Source: a virus
Strand: one strand, 5' to 3'
Virus record (IMG/VR): IMGVR_UViG_3300048838_001809
DNA: 64,000 nt
The translations under genes were made by a program, and so were the position numbers. The notes under the pieces are model-generated. The model saw only the letters and a program-made list of their open reading frames with translations. It ran no database searches and was not told the DNA's origin. Position 1 is the stretch's first letter. Each line of letters opens with the position of its first letter. Positions 26,157 to 35,611 of this stretch are shown in pieces.

Positions 26157-27770
26157 ATGAAGCTCGACATTGAAGCCATCCTGAAATCGCTCGGCGAGCG
26201 CGACGCGCTCTGGGGCATCGGCACGGCCGCTCGCGACATCGGCGGCCTGTTGCCATGCTTCGGCCAGGGCGAGAGCGCGCTGTGCCCGACCAAGATTTTT
26301 AATCTGGCGTCGGGCGATCTGTGGCAAAAGGAAATTGCCGAAGCTGCCTCGCGCCTCACTTGGGGCGATGAGGACATGCGGATCAAGTCGCTGCGCGACG
26401 GCAGCGACTTGCCGGATGGCGCGATCCTCATGTTCGACGGCATCCTGTCCTCGTCCAATCTGGACCGGGACGGCGATGTCCTGGAGTCGAAGGGTCTGGC
26501 GATTGACGTGGATATGCCGCTGTTATGGCACCACATCAAGCTCCAGCCGATCGGCCGGCACGTCAAACTGCTCGACCAGAACGACAAGTGGGTCAAGTGT
26601 CAGTTTGCCATTGCCGACACCGAGTTGGGCCGCGATGCCGCCGTGCTCACGCGGATGAAGGCGCTGCGGATGAGCCATGGATTTATCCCCAGCGACTTCG
26701 AGCCGCGCGGTTTCAAGAAAGGCTTGAACGGCCAGCAGATTCCCATCGGCTGGCACGTCAAAAAGGCCAACGTGTACGAGGGAACGCTGTGCTCGATCCC
26801 GGCCAACTCTGATGGCCGGGTGCTCGATGTTTACGCGGGTGAAGGCAGCGTTTGGGCCACGAAGGAATTCGACGGCCTGGCCACGGCTCACAGCCGCGGC
26901 ATGCTGCAACACGAAATGGTCAAAGCCTGGGCGAAGAACATCTTCGACCAGCGACCGACACAAGTTTCCGGCGCGGACCTGGCTGGCAAGATGCTGGCCG
27001 ATGACGACACGTCCGGTGGCACGGAGGCCACGCCGCCGGAAACGACCGCAACCGCCAAAAAGCGCCGCAAGAAAAAGAGGCCCGGCGGCTGTCCCGGCAT
27101 GAAGCCAGACGGCACCTGCGATTGCAATAAAAACAAGAGCAGCGAAATCTCGCTGGAAACCAAGGGGAAGCTACGGGCAGTGGGCCAGTCGTTGATCGAT
27201 CTGGCCAACTTCGATCCGTCCGAAGTGCCTGTTTACCGCAAGTCGCTCGACGCGCTGGTCGCCAAGTCGTCCGGCGAGCTGTCGACCAAAGGCATGTACG
27301 GCATCATGGATGACTATCTCGAAGGTTCCTTCGAGTGGGTCGCCCACAAACTGCGCCGGACGGCGGTGTCTCACTTATGCGCTAGCGGCGCAACCGATCT
27401 GCCGAGCTACGACGATGGGGCCAGCATGGTCGCCACGTTTGCTGACTCGGCGATCTTCTGCATCTACCACGGCGGCAAGCACGCCTGCTATCGCTCGTCG
27501 TGGGCGATGAACGATGCCGGTCTGCCGGCATGGACGGGAACACCCGAAGCGGTCGAAATCAAGCCCCAGGTTGTCACGAAGGCCCTGGCCAGCTTGGGCG
27601 CACCGCTCGCGCCGATCGCTTCGGACAGCCTGGAGCAACTGACTCGCAAAACTTGCGCGGCCCTGTTCATGGCCGACGAAGAGGCTGCCGCCCTGGCCGG
27701 CAGCGCTCTGCTCGATGCGATTAAAACCGTTGAACAGCAGCTTGAACCGCTGGAGCCGCTGCTGAATTAA
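26157..27770 (+). CDS. Prohead maturation protease (HK97 U35/S78-like) fused to a scaffold-like C-terminal region.
   Basis: 'MFDGILSSSNLDRDGDVLESKG...VDMPLLWHHIKLQPIGRHV' matches the HK97 protease 'vpllwqHd...piG' core. The second half is a long helical, charged region. Confidence 0.55.
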   Translation: MKLDIEAILKSLGERDALWGIGTAARDIGGLLPCFGQGESALCPTKIFNLASGDLWQKEIAEAASRLTWGDEDMRIKSLRDGSDLPDGAILMFDGILSSSNLDRDGDVLESKGLAIDVDMPLLWHHIKLQPIGRHVKLLDQNDKWVKCQFAIADTELGRDAAVLTRMKALRMSHGFIPSDFEPRGFKKGLNGQQIPIGWHVKKANVYEGTLCSIPANSDGRVLDVYAGEGSVWATKEFDGLATAHSRGMLQHEMVKAWAKNIFDQRPTQVSGADLAGKMLADDDTSGGTEATPPETTATAKKRRKKKRPGGCPGMKPDGTCDCNKNKSSEISLETKGKLRAVGQSLIDLANFDPSEVPVYRKSLDALVAKSSGELSTKGMYGIMDDYLEGSFEWVAHKLRRTAVSHLCASGATDLPSYDDGASMVATFADSAIFCIYHGGKHACYRSSWAMNDAGLPAWTGTPEAVEIKPQVVTKALASLGAPLAPIASDSLEQLTRKTCAALFMADEEAAALAGSALLDAIKTVEQQLEPLEPLLN

Positions 27771-27835
27771 AGAGCGTTTTTTGCCAACAGCTCGCGACCC
27801 TGTGAAAGTCGCGGTTCTTTCAAGGAGGTTTGAAC

Positions 27836-29476
27836 GTGTTAAAGGTCACACCGCAACTGAAACAGCACATGGTCGCCAACTTCGGTCTGGCTGCCGACGC
27901 GGACGACGCTGCCGTGCGCGAGGCGGTCCAGACGGCGATTCTCGATGAGAAGCTGGAGCCGAAAAAGGTCAAGGAATTGACCGTCACCCCGAACGCGCAG
28001 GCCCGCGAGGAATTTTTCTCGGACCTGGACAAGCGGATGGAGGATCGATTCAGCAAGTTCGAGGAGAAGATGCTGACCACGATCACCAAGGCGCAGCCGG
28101 CCGGCGGCGACGGGGCCGATGCTTCGACCGGGCTGGGCCGCAAGGCTTACGCCATGGCCGGCAGCGCGCTGGGCGAGTACAACGACGAGGCTCGCGTGCG
28201 CGTCAAGTCGATCGTCGAGCGCTTCGACGATTCTCGCACCGGGGCGACCTGGGACATGTACCGCGGCCGCGACCAGATGTTCCGTAAGGAATTCTCCGGT
28301 CGCCCGGTGATGACCGGCGTGGGCATCGACGAGAACTGCGATATCGCGCCGCGCCGCCTGGACGTGCCCAGCGATCGCCAGAAGGCCATCGCCGGCGCCT
28401 GGTTCAAGCTGATGGTCAACAAGAGCTGCAACGCTCACCGTCAGGCCATTCCGCCCGCCATGCGGATGACCGAAGAGGACTGGCAGCTCTGCCAGTACGC
28501 GGTCCACGAATGCAAGTTCGTGGGTCCGGTCGGCGCGGACGACAAAGGCGAGGAAGCGCAGTTCTGGTCGAAGGGCAATCGCATTCACAACGAGCTGCAT
28601 CGCAAGACGCTGCTCGATGACACGCTCTCCGGCGGTCTGGAAGCTGTGCCGATCGAGTTCGACGATCTGGTTATCTTCACGCCGCTGCTGACTGGCGAAA
28701 TCTACCCGCTGGTCACGGTGCGAAACGTCACCCGGCGTCGCATCGAAGGTGTGTCGATCGGCAACCCGACGCTCTCCTGGGGCGTTTCGGAAGGCACGTC
28801 GATCGGCCTGTTCGACACCGACGCCTTTATTGCCGCGTTCGATACGAACATCCATCCGATCACCGGCGCGATCGAGTCCGGCCTGGACTTCGAGGCCGAC
28901 AGCCCGGTCGCAATTGGCGATGCCTTGGTCGATCGCTATGGTGTTCGCTTCCAACAGGAGCTGGACAACGTAGTCACGAGTGGCAACGGCACCGATCGGC
29001 CGGAAGGCTTGTTTGTGTCGAGCGCCGTCACCACCACGACCAGCGAAAACGGCGCTGTTGGCCCGCCGGAAATCGACGATTACGAGGCGCTGCTGTTTGG
29101 CGTCAAGAAGGAGTTCCGCACCGAGGCAGGCCGTGCTCGTTCGGTATATATCACCAACGAGACGACCTACAGTCGCGCTCGTGGCATTCCGGTTGGCGCT
29201 TCGGACGCTCGCCGCGTGTTCGGCATGGACCACGAGAGCTACGAGCTGCTGGGCCATCCGCACAAGATCAACGAATCGATCGACAATGCGGACGCCGGTT
29301 TCTTCTGCATGAACCGTTATCGCATGTATCGGCGCAGCGGTTTCGGCATTCGCGTCGTCACCGAGGATGCCGATCTGGCTCGTCGCAACACCCGCATGAT
29401 CATCTTGCGGGCGCGCTTCGGCGGTCAACTGGAACTGGGTGGCGCGGGCTACCGCATCACCGATATGCAGTCCTAA
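27836..29476 (+). CDS. Major capsid protein.
   Basis: AAGGAGG RBS 7 nt upstream of GTG 27836. 547 aa, directly after the protease and followed by a strong terminator. Helical delta-domain-like N-terminus. No motif proof. Confidence 0.55.
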   Translation: MLKVTPQLKQHMVANFGLAADADDAAVREAVQTAILDEKLEPKKVKELTVTPNAQAREEFFSDLDKRMEDRFSKFEEKMLTTITKAQPAGGDGADASTGLGRKAYAMAGSALGEYNDEARVRVKSIVERFDDSRTGATWDMYRGRDQMFRKEFSGRPVMTGVGIDENCDIAPRRLDVPSDRQKAIAGAWFKLMVNKSCNAHRQAIPPAMRMTEEDWQLCQYAVHECKFVGPVGADDKGEEAQFWSKGNRIHNELHRKTLLDDTLSGGLEAVPIEFDDLVIFTPLLTGEIYPLVTVRNVTRRRIEGVSIGNPTLSWGVSEGTSIGLFDTDAFIAAFDTNIHPITGAIESGLDFEADSPVAIGDALVDRYGVRFQQELDNVVTSGNGTDRPEGLFVSSAVTTTTSENGAVGPPEIDDYEALLFGVKKEFRTEAGRARSVYITNETTYSRARGIPVGASDARRVFGMDHESYELLGHPHKINESIDNADAGFFCMNRYRMYRRSGFGIRVVTEDADLARRNTRMIILRARFGGQLELGGAGYRITDMQS

Positions 29477-29520
29477 TTCACCTGCCACTTCCGGCTGCGG
29501 GGTCTGGAAGTCGCTGCACA

Positions 29521-29562
29521 GGCTGGCGCCGGTTTTTCCATCGGCCGGCGCCAGCCGTTTTT
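29521..29562 (+). terminator. Rho-independent terminator.
   Basis: ggctggcgccgg / ccggcgccagcc 12-bp stem, followed by gttttt. Confidence 0.6.
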
Positions 29563-29576
29563 CAACTCACTCGACC

Positions 29577-29915
29577 ATGAATCAAGCAAACGAGAATCTG
29601 ATCCGAATCTGGCTGCTGGGGGCGTCGGCCATCAGCATCAAGAAGTTCTCCGAGGCTGCGAATGCTCGCGCCATCGAACTTGGTATCGTCCCAGCCGCCG
29701 AGCCGTGGCGAGCGCGCGACAACGATCCGGGCAACGTCAACGTCAATGAGCGTGGCTTGATCGATTGGGTCTGGGCCATCGAATTGCCGGTTCCGGTGCC
29801 CGAAGGCGACACGACCAAACAAGGCGACCGCGAGCGTCGACTGAATAAGCTGCGGCAAAAAAACGTCGACATCCTGGCGAAGTGCTTGGCGACGCTTCGG
29901 GCCAGGAGCTTCTGA
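29577..29915 (+). CDS. Hypothetical protein.
   Basis: ATG 29577 chosen after the terminator. Confidence 0.4.
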   Translation: MNQANENLIRIWLLGASAISIKKFSEAANARAIELGIVPAAEPWRARDNDPGNVNVNERGLIDWVWAIELPVPVPEGDTTKQGDRERRLNKLRQKNVDILAKCLATLRARSF

Positions 29916-29957
29916 TCCACCTATTTTGCTTCTGTTTTCCATCTGGGGGTTTCACGC

Positions 29958-30539
29958 ATGAAAGTTGTGATCGAGATTGCCGGTCCTCGCAATGAAAGCC
30001 ACACGTTCAAGCCGCTCATGCGGCGGTTGCGTGGCCGCTGGGACACCGCCAACGTGGCGCAAAAGGACAAGGCGGAATCACTCAAGGCGATTTCGACAGT
30101 CCATTTCATTCCAGGCATTCATATCAGCCTGGATGTCGACAAGAAAACAGGCGTGGTCTTTGACCCGCTGGCCGAGCCCAAGGACGGCGGCACGCCGGAG
30201 GGGCACGCGATCTGGGAGAAGATCAAGCCGATCATGTCTCAGTATCCGTCGTTCTTTTCGCCCACCAAGCCCTGGCCGCAGTCGGTCAAGGAAAACATGA
30301 GCCAGGACGAAATCAAGACCTGGCTGTACGAGATGGCGCGCACGGTCGAGGCTGGCTATGCCCGCGTCGTTAGCGGCGAACTGATGTCATCGGAGGAGGC
30401 CCGCAAGCTGCCTGGCAAGCGACGCAAGGGCGCGCTGGGAAAGCTGCACAAGCCTGAAGATCAGCGCTGGACCGACCGCGTTGAAGTTCCTGCCACGACC
30501 ACCAGGAAAGAGCCGGCCGGTTCTGGCGGCGGAAAGTGA
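29958..30539 (+). CDS. Hypothetical protein.
   Basis: RBS-like GGGGGT upstream. Good GC3 bias. Confidence 0.45.
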   Translation: MKVVIEIAGPRNESHTFKPLMRRLRGRWDTANVAQKDKAESLKAISTVHFIPGIHISLDVDKKTGVVFDPLAEPKDGGTPEGHAIWEKIKPIMSQYPSFFSPTKPWPQSVKENMSQDEIKTWLYEMARTVEAGYARVVSGELMSSEEARKLPGKRRKGALGKLHKPEDQRWTDRVEVPATTTRKEPAGSGGGK

Positions 30540-30790
30540 TTCAAGAGCAGTCGCGAGTGTGTGAAGCCCCCACTCGCAGCCCGCACGTCGACCGCGCCTG
30601 GAAGACGTGCGGGCAGCTAACAGTCGATGGAGTGATCGTCATGGAGAATCAGCAACCCAGGCGACCTTGCGAGTCCTGTGGCGGCAAGGGGAAGCTGATT
30701 TACAAGTCGCAAGTCGATCCAAGCAAAAAGGTCGAGGCGACCTGCCCGGCGTGCAGTGGGACCGGGAGGCAATCACTCATCTGCAAATAG
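30536..30790 (+). CDS. Small zinc-ribbon protein. An alternative start exists at 30642.
   Basis: CESCGGKGK...CPACSGTG. Confidence 0.35.
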   Translation: MIQEQSRVCEAPTRSPHVDRAWKTCGQLTVDGVIVMENQQPRRPCESCGGKGKLIYKSQVDPSKKVEATCPACSGTGRQSLICK

Positions 30791-30818
30791 GACTGCCGTG
30801 TCACCTGAAACCAACAGC

Positions 30819-31397
30819 ATGTCGCTCGCGAAAGCCGTCGATCACATGGCCGACGGCGACTTGCTGCTGTTTCGTGGCTACGGAGTCTTCTCGTTCTCCA
30901 AGCTGATTCGCACAGCCAGCCGCTCGATCTACAGCCACGCGGCCATGTATTGCGTCTGGAACGGCATCCCCGCGGTGATGGAAATGTGCGAAGGCGTTGG
31001 CGGCCGCTGCGTCAGCTTGCGGAGCCAAGTCAAAGATCACCCTGGCCGCTGGGACGTGTATCGCGTCCGACAGGAATTCGAAGACCAATACGACCGCGCG
31101 GGCGCAGTGCGGCACATGTTCACTCACTCCGTTGGCGAGCCCTACGGATGGACCGCAATCTACTCAGCCGCGCTGCTGCATCTGCCGTTTGTCCGGCTGT
31201 TCATCAAGCCGGAAATGGATGACATCGGCGACCCCTCGTGGCTGCCGAAATTCTGCTCATTCGCCGTCAGCACGTCCGCCCGACTGGGCGGCAAAATCGA
31301 CCCCGTTCCCAACATTTCCGACCGCATTACAGAGCCGGGCGACCTGTCCCACAGCATGCTCTGGAGATATGCGTTCACCCTCGATGGAGTTGACTGA
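30819..31397 (+). CDS. Permuted papain-like amidase (YiiX/YebB, peptidase C92-like). Candidate cell-wall hydrolase.
   Basis: 'GDLLLFRGYG...SKLIRTASRSIYSHAAMY' resembles the C92 family 'GDLlf.r......ai...t.s.ySHvgiy'. Confidence 0.45.
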   Translation: MSLAKAVDHMADGDLLLFRGYGVFSFSKLIRTASRSIYSHAAMYCVWNGIPAVMEMCEGVGGRCVSLRSQVKDHPGRWDVYRVRQEFEDQYDRAGAVRHMFTHSVGEPYGWTAIYSAALLHLPFVRLFIKPEMDDIGDPSWLPKFCSFAVSTSARLGGKIDPVPNISDRITEPGDLSHSMLWRYAFTLDGVD

Positions 31398-31398
31398 A

Positions 31399-31824
31399 AT
31401 GGCTCGTTATATCGCTGGAGCGATGTACTTTGTTTTCGCCGGCATCTGGATTGGATTGATGATTGCCGCTTCGATCCAGGCTTCCAACGAAGTCAAGTGG
31501 CAGCCCGTCACCGGGTTCACGATCGCGCCGCTCTCTCCGGCCTGGCCGGGTGCGGCGTTCCGCACTGGCAACATGTATCGCTGGGAATACAACAGCCGCG
31601 GAGAACTGCGGTACACCTATCTGGGCAAGTCCAATACTGAGCTGACCGTTCACTCGACCGAACCAATCACCCTGGAGGCCGAGCCGCGAATTCACCAGGA
31701 CGGCGGCGGCGGGGCCTGCCTTTGCGTCGTGTCATGCGACTGTCAGAAGCCATGTCGCTGCACCGAGCGAAAAACCACTGGCCAAAAGCTAGGCGAAAAA
31801 AGCGTAGTCGAACTACAAAACTAG
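31399..31824 (+). CDS. Membrane protein with a Cys-rich C-terminus.
   Basis: N-terminal TM helix and a 'CLCVVSCDCQKPCRC' cluster. Confidence 0.4.
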   Translation: MARYIAGAMYFVFAGIWIGLMIAASIQASNEVKWQPVTGFTIAPLSPAWPGAAFRTGNMYRWEYNSRGELRYTYLGKSNTELTVHSTEPITLEAEPRIHQDGGGGACLCVVSCDCQKPCRCTERKTTGQKLGEKSVVELQN

Positions 31825-31867
31825 CGGCTTTTTGGCGGGCAACAGGACTTTTCAGCGAGTTTTCGAC

Positions 31868-32521
31868 ATGGATCGACTTACCAGCATCATCAACGGCCTT
31901 CACTGGAGCGCGATTGCCTACGAGACGTGCCGCTTTGTCGGTCGCCTGCTTTTCGTGCTCGTTGTCGCTGGCTGTACCATCAAGACGGGAGAGCCCCTGG
32001 CGATGACTCGCAGGCCAGGCGTCAATCTCACGCCGCCCAGCGTGGCGCCGCCGCCAGCCCCACTCCCAAACCAACTGCCCAACTGGAACGACCCGCTCGA
32101 CATCCATGTCGACGATCCAGTGACAGAGCTGGAAATCCGGCTCGGCATTCGATTGCGCAGCCGAAACAACTGCCTTTATCTGTTTAGCGACCAGAAGCTC
32201 ACGGCCGCCGCCGACCAGTTTGCCAAATGGATGGCCAGCACTGGCAGGCTCGGACACCAAGGCCAAGGCGGAAGTTGGCCTGCCGATCGCGTGCGCGCCG
32301 CTGGCTATCCGGCAAGCAAGGTTGGTGAAGTCGTAGCCGGCGATTTCGAGACACCAATCAGCGTTATCAATGGCTGGCTGCAATCACCTGGCCATAAGGC
32401 GACTATCCTCGACCCTGAGTTCACTCAATTCGGCTGTGCGATGGCAGAGGATACTCGTGGCCGAAAATGTTGGGTTGTAGTGCTCGCGAGGCCAGCGAAC
32501 CGCCCAGAACCAAGCCCTTGA
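31868..32521 (+). CDS. CAP / SCP / PR-1 domain lipoprotein.
   Basis: Lipobox-like 'VVAGCT'. 'GHQGQ...VINGWLQSPGHKATILDPEFTQFGCA' matches the CAP signatures (HyTQ.vW, GHYTQ). Confidence 0.6.
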   Translation: MDRLTSIINGLHWSAIAYETCRFVGRLLFVLVVAGCTIKTGEPLAMTRRPGVNLTPPSVAPPPAPLPNQLPNWNDPLDIHVDDPVTELEIRLGIRLRSRNNCLYLFSDQKLTAAADQFAKWMASTGRLGHQGQGGSWPADRVRAAGYPASKVGEVVAGDFETPISVINGWLQSPGHKATILDPEFTQFGCAMAEDTRGRKCWVVVLARPANRPEPSP

Positions 32522-32560
32522 AACCGAGGATGTGAGTCGCCAGTTCGGCGATAGAGCGCG

Positions 32561-32752
32561 ATGGAACGAGACACAAGCAACCTGATGATCGTACTGGTCC
32601 TGGCGGCTGTCGCCTGTCTGTTTGTTTGTCAGGGTCGCGGCTGCAAGGCCACGCACCAGCACGGCCACGACCACCACCACCACTACGACGCCCAGCGGCA
32701 CGATCACTACATCCACTTTCAAGTGCCGTGGAAAAAGGATCGCGACAAATGA
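32561..32752 (+). CDS. Small His-rich membrane protein.
   Basis: TM helix followed by 'HQHGHDHHHHYDAQRHDHYIH'. Confidence 0.35.
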   Translation: MERDTSNLMIVLVLAAVACLFVCQGRGCKATHQHGHDHHHHYDAQRHDHYIHFQVPWKKDRDK

Positions 32753-32955
32753 AACAAATGATCGCTGCGATGATGGTCTTGCTTGCCGTTGGTGGCTGCA
32801 CGGTTCGCACTCCTGGAGCCCAGCAATGCGGCCCTGACGGCTGTTGCCCGGACGGCCAGTGCCCAGCGCCAGCCATCAATTACCAGCGACCGCAACCGCC
32901 CTTTTCACCGGATACGACGCCGGTGCCGGGTCCAATCAAGGAGGATTGTCCATGA
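32749..32955 (+). CDS. Small Cys- and Pro-rich lipoprotein.
   Basis: ATGA overlap. Lipobox 'LAVGGCT'. 'CGPDGCCPDGQCP'. Confidence 0.4.
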   Translation: MKQMIAAMMVLLAVGGCTVRTPGAQQCGPDGCCPDGQCPAPAINYQRPQPPFSPDTTPVPGPIKEDCP

Positions 32956-33557
32956 AGCCACTCGCCACGCTGGCGATCATTGCGATCGTTTTCGCTGCCG
33001 GCTGCACGATTCGCACCGGCTCTGGTCCGCTGGCCTATAGCGACGCCGCCTACGTCAATTCGCCTGGCACCTGCTACGGCGACTATCCGTGGACTGGCGT
33101 GCCGCCGGTCGATCTGCCCTACGAGCTGCGGATGAAGAACTATTCCGGCGGCTCGTGTGTCCACGCCAGCACTGAAATGATCATGCGCTGGCAGGGCATG
33201 GAAGACTTGGCCGCCTGGTGGCGCGAGACGTATCACGGCGGCGAGTCATCTGGCGGACTGATCAATAAGTGCGAGAAAGCGGGGTTGCGATTCGCCTACA
33301 CGACTGAGGGCGACGTTGGTTTTCTCGATTGGTGCAGCAGGACTAAACGCGGGGCGACGATTTTCTACAAGCCAAGTCATTCGATCTGCTTCTTCGGTTG
33401 GACCGAAGACGGACGCCAAGCGATTTTGCTGGACAACAATCACATTAAGGAGCACGAGTACGTCGACCGCGAGACGTTCATCAGTAAATGGAAAGGATTC
33501 GGGGGCTTCGCGCTGACACCCGTTTACTCTCCCGCACCGCCCAGGCCATGGCTGTAG
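32952..33557 (+). CDS. Lipoprotein, possibly a papain-like (C39-like) cysteine peptidase.
   Basis: ATGA overlap. Lipobox 'FAAGCT'. 'GGSCVHASTEMIMRWQG' resembles the C39 'CG.A.l.MiL.y.G' pattern, and a His follows later ('HSICFFGW'). Confidence 0.4.
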   Translation: MKPLATLAIIAIVFAAGCTIRTGSGPLAYSDAAYVNSPGTCYGDYPWTGVPPVDLPYELRMKNYSGGSCVHASTEMIMRWQGMEDLAAWWRETYHGGESSGGLINKCEKAGLRFAYTTEGDVGFLDWCSRTKRGATIFYKPSHSICFFGWTEDGRQAILLDNNHIKEHEYVDRETFISKWKGFGGFALTPVYSPAPPRPWL

Positions 33558-33601
33558 ACGCCAGGCCGGCAATGTCCATCTTCAACTGTGGAGGGAATCA
33601 C

Positions 33602-34342
33602 ATGAAAGTATCGTTCACTCACGCGGCGATCGCCACGCTATGCGTGACCGTATCGCTGTTCTTGGTCCGCGACTACCAGCAGAACAACGACGCCCAAGCA
33701 GCCAGCCAGATTCAACAGCAGCAGCCGCGGCAGCAATTGCAATTGCCTGCGCTCGATCTGCCCGCCAATAGCCTGATTTCCGATCGCGTCATCGAACTGC
33801 CCGAAGACGGCCAGTCGTACTACCTGACTGTCTTCACCAACACCAATCCGACGCCGCAAGAGCGTGTGATGCTGAGCTGGTTCCAAAGCGATACGTCGCT
33901 GGCCAGTCTTAAAGCGCAGACGCATTGGAACCACTACACTCCGGCACTGGCCATGTACCGCACGCGGTTTGCCTCTGCGGTCCCTGAAAATCAGTTTCCA
34001 GCCATCATGCTGCAAGGCCCGGACCAGTACGGCAACCATGGCAAGGTGGTTTTCAAGTGCGCGTCGCACAATATCCCTGATTCGCCGCAAGCCCTGGTGG
34101 CCATGATTCGCAACGCGCTCGGCCGACCCTGCCCGCGGCCTGACCCGGCGCCAACGCCGACGCCGGAGCCGAATCCAAATCCGAATCCTATTCCAGTCAT
34201 CCCGGACATCGGACCACAGCCGCTGGCACCGACGCCGCCGGCCGAAGAGCCAACCAACGTGCTCGGCTTGGCGGCGATTGCCTCGCTGATCACGGCAGCT
34301 ATTGCCGCCTATCTGGAAACCAAAAACCGCGTGAAGATGTAA
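33602..34342 (+). CDS. Bitopic membrane protein with a Pro-rich linker.
   Basis: GGAGGG RBS. N- and C-terminal TM helices. 'PRPDPAPTPTPEPNPNPNPIPVIP' linker. Confidence 0.45.
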   Translation: MKVSFTHAAIATLCVTVSLFLVRDYQQNNDAQAASQIQQQQPRQQLQLPALDLPANSLISDRVIELPEDGQSYYLTVFTNTNPTPQERVMLSWFQSDTSLASLKAQTHWNHYTPALAMYRTRFASAVPENQFPAIMLQGPDQYGNHGKVVFKCASHNIPDSPQALVAMIRNALGRPCPRPDPAPTPTPEPNPNPNPIPVIPDIGPQPLAPTPPAEEPTNVLGLAAIASLITAAIAAYLETKNRVKM

Positions 34343-34397
34343 CCGCTCTGGCGGTTGATCGCGGCAGATACACCTGACACCACTGGAGAGAAATCAC

Positions 34398-34850
34398 ATG
34401 AATCCTTTTCTGCTTGCTGACATTGCGGTCACTCCGCAAGACGGCGTGATGGTTGCCCTGGCGGTCGCCTGTACGTTCCTGGTCGTCAAGATGCTGTTCC
34501 GCGTCGATGACAAGATCGAGGAGCGCCGCAAGGCCGGCATGGACCTGTTCGAAGTGCTCACCAACTGGGGGTTCGTTCGCACGCCCGAATTCGTCCGCAA
34601 CTATGTTGTTGGCGATTACAGCGGCATGCTGCACGAGCTTCGCTCGGCCGTGAAAGCGTTCGCCAATAAGGAAAACGTCGTCCGCGAGCTGCAAGGCGTC
34701 TTCAAGAAAATGCTGGCCTATCTGGCGAAGGATAACGAGCTGCGGCCCTGGCTGTTGACCCAGCTCAAAGACAACGGCTTTGTGCCCGCGCCGGAGCCGC
34801 CATTGGCAGAGCCAGTTGCGGCCGTAACGCCTGCGCCGGCAACCAAGTAG
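34398..34850 (+). CDS. Membrane protein.
   Basis: N-terminal TM helix. ORF with GC3 bias. Confidence 0.45.
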   Translation: MNPFLLADIAVTPQDGVMVALAVACTFLVVKMLFRVDDKIEERRKAGMDLFEVLTNWGFVRTPEFVRNYVVGDYSGMLHELRSAVKAFANKENVVRELQGVFKKMLAYLAKDNELRPWLLTQLKDNGFVPAPEPPLAEPVAAVTPAPATK

Positions 34851-34978
34851 CGCCAGAGTTTGCTTGACATTGCCGATCAGCTTGACCAGCCAGCCAGGGA
34901 TTCCGGTTTGGCACGCCTCGCGGCGGGGAGGGGACGCCTGGTCAAGTTCGATCGGCTCTTTGCCAGGAGGGCAGCGAA

Positions 34979-35293
34979 GTGACTTCCAGCAACGGCAAAT
35001 TAAAACTTGGCGCTGCGGAGTGGATTACGCTGGCCTCGCTGGCAATGACTCCCGCTGGTGGGTTCGCCTGGTGGGGGCTCAATATGCAAACGCGCATCGC
35101 CGTTACTGAGAACACGATGTCTCAGATGGCGGTTGTGCTCACCAAGCTGGAAACGAAAACGGATATTTTGGCTCGGATTGAAGTTCAGCAAGCCGGCATG
35201 ATCGAGCGGCAGAGTGCCCTCGAAAGCCGCATCGAGCGCATTGAGCACGACGTTCAGCAACTGGCTCGCAACAGGTCGTCCGGCACCAACTAA
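34979..35293 (+). CDS. Membrane protein with a coiled-coil tail.
   Basis: GTG start after an AGGAGGG RBS. One TM helix, then a helical region. Confidence 0.4.
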   Translation: MTSSNGKLKLGAAEWITLASLAMTPAGGFAWWGLNMQTRIAVTENTMSQMAVVLTKLETKTDILARIEVQQAGMIERQSALESRIERIEHDVQQLARNRSSGTN

Positions 35294-35362
35294 CAGCCCA
35301 TGCTCACCCCCTCACCACTTTGCAGAATATCAAGTTTCCCTGCCTTTCGTGAGACATAACCC

Positions 35363-35602
35363 ATGCCTGGTTCCCCCGCAGTTTGGTATCAGACCGCCGA
35401 TGGCATTCGTCCGTTCGCCGATGGGCAGACGATCTACGGGTCGCCGGCAGCGGGCGGCAACATGGTCATGGCAAGCAATCCGACAGGCACGCCGGGGAAG
35501 ATTGTCGCCGCAGATCCAATTTCATCCGCTATCCCAGCATCCGGCGCAGGCAATTCGCTGTACCTCGAAACGACTTCTGCGACCTCTGGAATGCAGATGT
35601 AG
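35363..35602 (+). CDS. Hypothetical small protein.
   Basis: ORF. Confidence 0.35.
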   Translation: MPGSPAVWYQTADGIRPFADGQTIYGSPAAGGNMVMASNPTGTPGKIVAADPISSAIPASGAGNSLYLETTSATSGMQM

Positions 35603-35611
35603 GGGGCACCA

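Noticed and set aside
25550-26596. 348-aa minus-strand ORF spanning the 25574 terminator and the start of the protease gene.
   Set aside because: It crosses a rho-independent terminator and an intergenic region. The composition is Ser/Arg-rich antisense-type. It was rejected in favour of the + strand genes.
27839-29488. 549-aa minus-strand ORF antisense to the major capsid gene.
   Set aside because: It has an Arg/Ala/Gly/Leu-rich antisense-type composition typical of high-GC DNA. The + strand ORF has strong GC3 bias and an RBS. It was treated as an artefact.
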